From assembly GCA_038279365.1 (NCBI GenBank), contig JAYODI010000114.1, positions 1-14,321 of the forward strand: DNA of 14,321 nucleotides, written 5' to 3'. Every line of letters begins with the position of its first letter. The first letter of the stretch is position 1. The notes below the pieces were generated by a model. The model saw only the letters and a program-made list of their open reading frames with translations, ran no database searches and was not told the DNA's origin. This stretch comes from Candidatus Latescibacterota bacterium (GTDB taxonomy: Bacteria > Latescibacterota > UBA2968). Of this stretch, positions 7,529 to 14,321 are shown one piece after another. Position numbers and translations under genes: made by a program.

Positions 7529-9025
7529 ATGGAATTTGAAAATAATTTGGTCAACTACGAGGCTTTTGGTGCTGTGGGCGATGGTGTCACAGACGACATG
7601 CCCGCAATTTGTAAAGCACACGCATATGCAAACGAACACGGTCTAAGCGTACGCACCAAACCAGATGCCACCTACTACATTGGTGGCCAACCCCTAACCG
7701 CCATTATTGCAACCAACACAGATTGGAACACGTCGCGTTTTACCATTAATGATGCAGGAGACGTTGAAGATCACAAAGCATCTCTGTTTGAAATACGCTC
7801 ACTGTTGGAGCCCGAGGAACTGACATTCCACCGACTCACACGAGATCAAAGACAGGTTGATGTGCATCCAAAGCAAGATTGTTTTGTAATGGTCGAAAAC
7901 GATACAAAACGACTGTATTTGCGACGGGGTCGCAACGTGAACAACGGTTCTCCTCAACACGATTGTTTTATTTTGCGTCAAGATGGTTCTATCGAAGCAG
8001 ACATTGATTGGGAGTATGATACCATCACAAAAGTTGAAGCAAAACCCATCGAACACGACACCCTCTACCTGCGCGGCGGCATCATCACCACAATTGCCAA
8101 CCGCTGGGAAAAAGAAGAAGGCTACGAATATTGGAGTCGAAACATTGTCATCTCACGATCAAACACCGAGGTGGATGGTCTCACGCACTATGTTGTGGGT
8201 GAAACCGCAATAGGCAGTGCCTACAGTGGTTTTCTCAGTGCTCGCCAATGCGCCAACATCACCTTTCGAAATTGTTGGGCCACGGGTCACAAAATCTACT
8301 CGGCCATGGGGCGTGCAGGAAAACCCGTGAGTGTGGGCACCTACGACTATGGTGCAAACAATGTCGTGGGTTTTACCATGATCAATTGCAAAATGAATCA
8401 CATTACCGATCGCACACGTTGGGGTGTTATCGGATCTAATTTTTGTAAAAACATTTTGCTCGAAGACTGCCATCTTTCCCGAATGGATACCCATCAGGGC
8501 GTTTCGGGAACATATATCATTCGACGTTCGACACTTGGCCACATGGGTCTCAACGCCATTGGCCGTGGGCGGTTGATTCTTGAAGATTCGACGCTATATG
8601 GCAATGCACTCATCAACTTCCGCTCAGATTATGGAAGTACTTGGGAAGGTCGAGTTGAAATTCGAAACTGCCACTGGACACCCGCTTGCGGAGAGGAACG
8701 ACAACCTTATATGATTAATGTTGCCAATGACGGCATGCATGACTTTGGTTATCCTTGCTCAATGCCCAAAGAGATTAGTATTGACGGCCTTTTTGTAGAT
8801 GACACCAACACTCCCGACGGTTATGAAGGCATGTATTACTTCTCCGATCCAGACGATTTTCACGACGGTGTCAACGATTTCACGCTCTTACCAGAACGGC
8901 CTTTCCCTTATGCGCTTTGTCAAAAATTGCAAATTAAAGGGCTAAAAACCGCCAGTGGGTTGAAGCCACGTATCTCGCCCAACCTAAAACACAACAATAT
9001 GGTGGAACTGAGAGAACAGCCTTAA
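7529..9025 (+). CDS. Pectin-lyase-fold (right-handed beta-helix) protein (498 aa)
   Basis: N-terminal NYEAFGAVGDGVTDDMPAI motif (Pectate_lyase_3-like). Repeated strands NITFRNC, FTMINC, NILLEDC, LILEDS and VEIRNC. AAGGA SD. Confidence 0.75.
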   Translation: MEFENNLVNYEAFGAVGDGVTDDMPAICKAHAYANEHGLSVRTKPDATYYIGGQPLTAIIATNTDWNTSRFTINDAGDVEDHKASLFEIRSLLEPEELTFHRLTRDQRQVDVHPKQDCFVMVENDTKRLYLRRGRNVNNGSPQHDCFILRQDGSIEADIDWEYDTITKVEAKPIEHDTLYLRGGIITTIANRWEKEEGYEYWSRNIVISRSNTEVDGLTHYVVGETAIGSAYSGFLSARQCANITFRNCWATGHKIYSAMGRAGKPVSVGTYDYGANNVVGFTMINCKMNHITDRTRWGVIGSNFCKNILLEDCHLSRMDTHQGVSGTYIIRRSTLGHMGLNAIGRGRLILEDSTLYGNALINFRSDYGSTWEGRVEIRNCHWTPACGEERQPYMINVANDGMHDFGYPCSMPKEISIDGLFVDDTNTPDGYEGMYYFSDPDDFHDGVNDFTLLPERPFPYALCQKLQIKGLKTASGLKPRISPNLKHNNMVELREQP

Positions 9026-9120
9026 CAGAACGGGCAATAAAATATGACCTTGAAATGCGCCTGCCCAGAACGACGCATCACAAAAAATCAGTAGCCATAA
9101 AAATAGACTGTATCAGAAAA

Positions 9121-9156
9121 TGCGCGGTGGTCAAAAAGATCACCGCGCACTTTTTT
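9121..9156 (+). terminator. Rho-independent terminator
   Basis: TGCGCGGTGGTC-AAAAA-GATCACCGCGCA, a 12-bp stem with one G-U, followed by CTTTTTT. Confidence 0.85.
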
Positions 9157-9293
9157 GGTGCACATGATTGCACTGTTCAAACAGACACCCAATCACCCTT
9201 AAAAAAATAAGTAACCGTTCTTCGCTAAATTGGCTATTTTGTGGGTCACTTCCATCATCCACGACCCACTCAATTACCAGGAAGACCCAACGC

Positions 9294-10520
9294 ATGAAAT
9301 TATCAGATGTCATTGTTGTAGGCAACACGTCCGATGACCCATTTGCCATAGACGTCGCATTTGCAATGGGCCAAACCATAGATATTGCAGACCTTATCAG
9401 TTTAAAAACTTTTGCAAATTCAGAATTTTGCCCGCGTTTCATATCTGACGAATTTGACTTTTCGTCTATTGGCAACAACCTAAAAGGCAAAACCGTTGTT
9501 ATTATCAGCACATCCAGCCGTATTTTAAGCAGACAAAATTTGGCGATGCGCAATTTGCTCATTGCCAGAGCCGCAAAAGAAAATGGAGCTTTCCAAGTTG
9601 TACTTGTTGAGCCGGATCTTTATTACAGTGCACAAGACAGAGGCCCACACCCTCATTTGGGTAATGTGGGTATAGAAAGAGATCAAGCCGATTTAAAAAA
9701 ATTTGATGGGCAACCATTTACGGTCAAACTTTATGCCCAAATGTTGAAACTGGCAGGGGTAGACAGGGTGGTGACCGTACACAACCACTCCTTTGCCGTG
9801 CAAACCATGTTTTCAGAGATTTTTGAAGGCAAGTATCACGATCTGATACCATTTGAAATTTATTTGGATTATTTGCGCAATTCCAATATTGTCGATTTTG
9901 AACCCGATGGAACAGGTCTGGCCCTTTGTGCCCCCGACGAAGGGGCAAGGGCCTTTGTGCGAGAAATGATCTCCAGGTTAAATCTGCCAAAGGTCAAATG
10001 TTTGTTGCTCGAAAAAGAACGAACCGGTGAGCGCGATGTGGATATTCAACTGTATGAAAAGAGCGAATCCACATTTGAAGATATTGCTGGCCATGATGTG
10101 GTGCTCTTTGACGACATGGTGCGCACAGGTTCAACCGTTGTCAAAACCTGTCAAAACCTAAAAAAAGCCAAACCCCGGCGATTGATCTTTGCCGTGACCC
10201 ATTTTTATGCCAGTGACGAAGGACGCCAAAAAATGGCGGATACGGCCATTGATGAAATCCTCACGTTTAACACCATGCCCACCATACTCAACAGAGACGA
10301 ACAAGGGCGGCTGAGGCGAAAGATCGTTGTTTTAAAAATAGAACGTTGGTTGGCACGCAACCTCATAAACATTTTGGGTTTACCAGCCGACAAAAAAATT
10401 GATCTGTATCACATTGATATGTCGTCAAAAAATGCCCGATTTACGCGCAAAATCTCATCAAACGAGCAACTGCTTGAGTTGCGTGAACAACGTTTGCGAG
10501 AAAAATTAAATGCCAAATAA
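9294..10520 (+). CDS. Divergent ribose-phosphate pyrophosphokinase (PRPP synthetase) family protein (408 aa)
   Basis: Colinear with Prs motifs: TFANSEF, PDLYYSAQDR, AGVDRVVTVHNH, APDEGA, EKER, VLFDDMVRTGST, VTHF. AGGA at 9279-9282 supports ATG 9294. Confidence 0.85.
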   Translation: MKLSDVIVVGNTSDDPFAIDVAFAMGQTIDIADLISLKTFANSEFCPRFISDEFDFSSIGNNLKGKTVVIISTSSRILSRQNLAMRNLLIARAAKENGAFQVVLVEPDLYYSAQDRGPHPHLGNVGIERDQADLKKFDGQPFTVKLYAQMLKLAGVDRVVTVHNHSFAVQTMFSEIFEGKYHDLIPFEIYLDYLRNSNIVDFEPDGTGLALCAPDEGARAFVREMISRLNLPKVKCLLLEKERTGERDVDIQLYEKSESTFEDIAGHDVVLFDDMVRTGSTVVKTCQNLKKAKPRRLIFAVTHFYASDEGRQKMADTAIDEILTFNTMPTILNRDEQGRLRRKIVVLKIERWLARNLINILGLPADKKIDLYHIDMSSKNARFTRKISSNEQLLELREQRLREKLNAK

Positions 10521-10558
10521 CCTGCGTCTTATTCGATTGTAAATAAGGAGCAATCCCA

Positions 10559-11605
10559 ATGCACATTGAGGCCTGCAAACCACCCAACGGTCTGCAACCC
10601 TATTTGGGGCCAGCCACTTGGCTGGGCAAAGATCTCGAAAATGACGAATCTTGGATACGCGTTTTTACACTTGCAGAAATTGAAGAAATCGAAACGGCCA
10701 TGCGTGCGGTGCAAAAAAACAACACACCGCTTGCACAAATTGGTCGCGAGCAATTTCCATTGCCCAGCTTAGAAGCAACTTTTGAGCACATTCAAAAAGA
10801 CTTGGAAGGTGGGCGTGGGTTTGTGCTCTTGCGCGGTCTTCCCTTAAGGCGTTATACCTTAGAAGAGGCCCAGCTTATTTACTGGGGTTTGGGCACACAC
10901 ATTGGTCAAGCTGTTTCTCAAAATGCCGATGGCGAAGTAATTGGTCATATTCGCGTGGTCGAAGCTGTGTTAAACGACCCTCACAAACGCGGTTATATGA
11001 AGCCCAATCGCGCCAGCTTTCACACCGATACCTGTGATGTGGTTGGGCTTATGTGTTGGCGCAAAGCCAAACGTGGTGGCGAAAGTTTTGTGGCCAGTGC
11101 CATGACGGCACACAACCTCATGCTCCAAGAACGCCCCGATCTGTTGGAAGAACTTTACGAGCCATATTGCCACGACATTAAAAACGAACAACAACCTCAT
11201 CAGGCACCCTATTACAAACTGCCCGTCTTTAGTTGGAAAGATGGCCTGGTTTCCACACGTTATAGCCGCAGTCGCATACTCACTGGGCAACGGTTTCCCG
11301 AAGTGCCTCGTCTGACTGACAAACAAATTGAAGCTTTTAACTATCTTGATCAAGTTGCCGAGCGCGAAGATGTTGCCCTTGCTATGGATTTTCAAGTGGG
11401 CGACATTCAATTGGTTAACAATTATGTGTGCCTACACAGCCGCAATGCTTATCAAGATTACCATCTCGAAACGGAAAAACGCCACTTGTTACGCCTGTGG
11501 TTGGCACAACACAATGGACGCGAATTGCCCGATTCATTTTTAGATGTCTATCATGGCAATATTGCGCCCAATACCGCGCGTGGTGGCATTCCACCTCTTT
11601 TATAG
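10559..11605 (+). CDS. TauD/TfdA-family (clavaminate-synthase-like) Fe(II)/2-oxoglutarate dioxygenase (348 aa)
   Basis: GRGFVLLRGLP, FHTDTCD (HxD), NNYVCLHSR (distal His) and RHLLRLWL motifs. AAGGAG SD at 10545-10550. Confidence 0.9.
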   Translation: MHIEACKPPNGLQPYLGPATWLGKDLENDESWIRVFTLAEIEEIETAMRAVQKNNTPLAQIGREQFPLPSLEATFEHIQKDLEGGRGFVLLRGLPLRRYTLEEAQLIYWGLGTHIGQAVSQNADGEVIGHIRVVEAVLNDPHKRGYMKPNRASFHTDTCDVVGLMCWRKAKRGGESFVASAMTAHNLMLQERPDLLEELYEPYCHDIKNEQQPHQAPYYKLPVFSWKDGLVSTRYSRSRILTGQRFPEVPRLTDKQIEAFNYLDQVAEREDVALAMDFQVGDIQLVNNYVCLHSRNAYQDYHLETEKRHLLRLWLAQHNGRELPDSFLDVYHGNIAPNTARGGIPPLL

Positions 11606-11626
11606 AGGCAATTAAGAGGACGGATC

Positions 11627-13174
11627 ATGCAACGACGTGACTTTGTAAAGACCGCTTGCCTTGGACTAGGAGCCGCCATGCTTGGCAATCAAACCTTTGC
11701 CGCTCAGAACAAACATCCCAATCTGCTTTTTGTTTTTCCCGATCAAATGCGCCGCGAAGCCATGGGATTTTGGAGCAACAGCACATTCAAAGACACGCTC
11801 AAAACCAAAGGCGACCCTGTTGTTACCCCCACACTCGACAAACTTGCCGAAGAAAGTGTGGTGTTCACACAAGCGGTGAGCACGTGCCCCGTGTGCAGTC
11901 CTTACCGCGCCATGTTCATGTCGGGCATGTATCCTTGGCAAAACGGCGTGACCAGCAACTGCCACGAAACCCGTAAAGATGGGCTTCGCCACGACGTTCA
12001 ATGTTTTACCGATGTGTTGTCTGATGCAGGTTATGACACATGTTATGTTGGCAAAACCCACTGGGAGCGCAATGAGCCCCTCTTTGATGAACAGGGCAAC
12101 TATGTCGGCACCACCGATCCTCCTGGTGGTCATTCGATGAATGCCTTCGACACCTACATCCCACCCGGGCGTGGGCGTCATGGAAACGACTATTGGTTCC
12201 AATGTGTTAAAGATGCCCACAAAGACCCACGTGTGTATGCCAGTGATCCCAACCGTATTGCTGGCAAAACCGATGGTGAGCAACACCGACCCAAAACATA
12301 TTCACCCAAACTGGAAGCCGATGTGTTGATTGATTATTTGAAAAACGAATCGGGTCAACGCGACACCACCAAACCTTTTTCTATCATTTGGTCCATCAAT
12401 CCGCCACACAGTCCATACAACTCCGAAAAAGATTGTGATGAAATCGCATATCGCGAGCACTACAAAAATAAAACACCCGAAGAACTGCTCGTGCGTCCAA
12501 ATGTAATTGACGGTGAAAGCCGTGAAAAAGCCGAAAAATGTGCGCCCTTTTACTTTGCAAATGTCACGGGTTTGGATAAACAACTCGGTCGTGTGTTTGA
12601 TGCACTCGAAGCATCTGGCCAAGCCGAGAACACCATTGTTGTTTTTACTGCCGACCATGGTGAAATGATGGGCAGCCAAGGTCGATTTGGCAAACTGGTC
12701 ATTTACGAAGAGGCCTACTGTGTGCCTTTTATGATCAAATATCCTGGTCGCACAAAAAAATCACGTGAAGACCTCATGATTTCACCCGTAGATATTATGC
12801 CCACACTTTTAAGCATGATGGGCCTCAAAAACCAAATACCAAAAACGGTAGCCGGCAAAGACTATGCACAAGAAATCATCACTGGCAACTGGTCTACGCA
12901 GTCTAAACCCAAATCTGCACTGTTTCTTGGTTACAACAACCGCATCAAAGGCCTACGAACAGATCGCTACAGCTTCCAAGTAGATGATGATGGCAATCAA
13001 TTGCTGTTTGACAATGAAATGGATCCTTATCAACAAACAGAACGCACGTTGTCTGACATTCCAAAAGCAGATGCCGATTTTATCTTGTCTGAGCTTGCAA
13101 ATTGGCTCAAAACATCCAACGATCCTTGGTATCAAAAACGCATGTTCGCCGAATGGATTCCTTATACATCATAA
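11627..13174 (+). CDS. Formylglycine-dependent (S1) sulfatase with Tat signal peptide (515 aa)
   Basis: MQRRDFVK twin-arginine signal, PNLLFVFPDQMR, CSPYRA (CxPxR), YVGKTH, PPH and ADHGEM motifs. Confidence 0.93.
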   Translation: MQRRDFVKTACLGLGAAMLGNQTFAAQNKHPNLLFVFPDQMRREAMGFWSNSTFKDTLKTKGDPVVTPTLDKLAEESVVFTQAVSTCPVCSPYRAMFMSGMYPWQNGVTSNCHETRKDGLRHDVQCFTDVLSDAGYDTCYVGKTHWERNEPLFDEQGNYVGTTDPPGGHSMNAFDTYIPPGRGRHGNDYWFQCVKDAHKDPRVYASDPNRIAGKTDGEQHRPKTYSPKLEADVLIDYLKNESGQRDTTKPFSIIWSINPPHSPYNSEKDCDEIAYREHYKNKTPEELLVRPNVIDGESREKAEKCAPFYFANVTGLDKQLGRVFDALEASGQAENTIVVFTADHGEMMGSQGRFGKLVIYEEAYCVPFMIKYPGRTKKSREDLMISPVDIMPTLLSMMGLKNQIPKTVAGKDYAQEIITGNWSTQSKPKSALFLGYNNRIKGLRTDRYSFQVDDDGNQLLFDNEMDPYQQTERTLSDIPKADADFILSELANWLKTSNDPWYQKRMFAEWIPYTS

Positions 13175-13197
13175 AAAAGAGTTCGCCTTTTTTATGA
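13169..13197. repeat. Perfect 11-bp inverted repeat overlapping the sulfatase stop codon
   Basis: TCATAAAAAAG-agttcgc-CTTTTTTATGA. Confidence 0.7.
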
Positions 13198-13219
13198 ACC
13201 CACATAGATCATATGGATA

Positions 13220-13266
13220 AACATAAAAAAGAGAATGGACAAAAGCCCCATTCTCTTTTTTGTGTT
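13220..13266. terminator. Probable bidirectional Rho-independent terminator
   Basis: AACATAAAAAAGAGAATGG-acaaaagcc-CCATTCTCTTTTTTGTGTT, a 19-bp stem with one G-U and A6/T6 tracts on either arm. Confidence 0.8.
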
Positions 13267-13342
13267 CCCTGTACTTCAGCAAAACAATAATTTTGTTACA
13301 ATTTGTCATTTGTTTTATCATATTTGACGCAGACATATTCTT

Positions 13343-13370
13343 TTGACGAAACACCAATACATATTATTAT
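13343..13370 (+). promoter_or_regulatory. Putative sigma70-type promoter for the PhyH gene
   Basis: TTGACG (13343-13348), 16-nt spacer, TATTAT (13365-13370), about 50 nt upstream of ATG 13419. Confidence 0.45.
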
Positions 13371-13418
13371 GTGCCCAGATGATATCCAGCAACATGCAAA
13401 ATTTAAGGAATAGGAACC

Positions 13419-14321
13419 ATGTCTCACTACAAAGTCATCACCGAAGAACAAGCGCATCAATTCTTAAGCAAAGGCTACCTTACCATCAAAGGCTGTCTCG
13501 ACCCCGAATTGGCCCAAAAATGGACAGACAGAACCTACGAACGTTTGGGGTATGACAAATATGATCGCAACACCTGGAACAAGAAATACGTTTGGATGTA
13601 TCCCGAAAAAGCCATTCCCGTCAAAGACATCTCTGAAAAAGCTTGGCTGGCCATCTGTGATGTGGTGGGGGGCGAAGACCGCATAGAAGATCAGATTTAC
13701 CAAATAGAAGGCCATTTCGACAAAATCACGTCTGACCAATGGAACGATGCTTTTATCGTCAATTTTAATTATGGGCAAGGTGAAAATTGGCAACCCCCTT
13801 CTGCCGACTCTCCCGGCTGGCATACAGATGGCGGTTACTTTCGCCACTTCTTAAACAGCCGAGAACAGGCCCTGCTCACCATTCTTTTGTGGTCTGATGT
13901 TGCCCACCAAGGCGGTGCAACGCTCATCGCACCCGATTCTATCAAACACGTGGCCCGTTATTTGGCCGACCACCCCGAAGGTGTGCCGTCTGTTCCCGCC
14001 AAAGAAATTGTAAAACAGTGCACCGAATTTGTTGAAGTCACTGGCGAAATTGGCGACTTTGTGATCTTGCATCCCTTTATGATTCACGCTTCATCACAAA
14101 ATATCATTGGCAAACCACGTTTTATGAGCAACCCACCCGTTGTGCTCAAAGAATCTCTGAGCTTCAATCGTCCAAATCCTGATGATCATTCGCTTGTAGA
14201 ACGTGCTGTCTTACAAGCTCTGGATCTCGAACGTTTAGATTTTCAACCCACCGCTCCCTATGAATCTCGCTGGGAACTTGCCGAACAGATCTACCAAACA
14301 GAAAAAGTTTGCATCTCAAAA
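13419..14321 (+). CDS. 3'-truncated phytanoyl-CoA dioxygenase (PhyH)-family Fe/2OG enzyme
   Basis: Hand translation gives 301 codons without a stop: MSHYKVITEEQAHQFLSKGYLTIKG ... GWHTDGGYFRHFLNSREQALL ... GGATLIAPDS ... GDFVILHPFMIHASSQN ... PRF. AGGA SD at 13412-13415. Not in the ORF track because no stop is reached. Confidence 0.88.
   Translation, partial: MSHYKVITEEQAHQFLSKGYLTIKGCLDPELAQKWTDRTYERLGYDKYDRNTWNKKYVWMYPEKAIPVKDISEKAWLAICDVVGGEDRIEDQIYQIEGHFDKITSDQWNDAFIVNFNYGQGENWQPPSADSPGWHTDGGYFRHFLNSREQALLTILLWSDVAHQGGATLIAPDSIKHVARYLADHPEGVPSVPAKEIVKQCTEFVEVTGEIGDFVILHPFMIHASSQNIIGKPRFMSNPPVVLKESLSFNRPNPDDHSLVERAVLQALDLERLDFQPTAPYESRWELAEQIYQTEKVCISK

Noticed and set aside
9168..9293. 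42-aa N-terminal extension of the Prs-like ORF
   Set aside because: Prs similarity begins at MKLSDVIVVG (9294), which has an SD.
2080..13174. Three genes end in TCA-TAA-AA (2085, 2697, 13174)
   Set aside because: Similarity does not extend further; consistent with ordinary stop-codon context.
375..14087. Minus-strand and alternate-frame ORFs in the track (e.g. 11666-12286, 2080-2547, 10970-11410, 13464-13847)
   Set aside because: They are shadows of well-supported + strand genes and have no recognisable motifs.
1..14321. CRISPR array, tRNA or rRNA
   Set aside because: No regularly spaced repeats or cloverleaf/rRNA-like tracts seen. Non-coding gaps are all under about 350 nt.

Overview
Bacterial window with 13 intact or edge-truncated CDSs, all on the + strand. 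The left end (1-1271) looks like an island edge: a 5'-truncated, lower-GC PD-(D/E)xK-type nuclease-domain gene, then a decayed minus-strand fragment resembling the C-terminus of an IS110-family transposase. Next come two RimJ/RimL-type GNATs flanking a small two-TM protein, and an EEP (endonuclease/exonuclease/phosphatase) gene that appears to start at a non-canonical ATC. A tightly spaced four-gene block (clan GH-A-like hydrolase, DUF4153-like membrane protein, PL22/oligogalacturonate-lyase-like propeller, beta-helix protein) ends at a clear terminator. A second block holds a strongly divergent PRPP-synthetase-family protein, a TauD/CAS-like Fe/2OG dioxygenase and a Tat-exported sulfatase, closed by two hairpins. 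A 3'-truncated PhyH-family dioxygenase, absent from the ORF track, ends the window. No rRNA, tRNA or CRISPR array was seen. All family calls come from reading motifs by eye, not from database searches.
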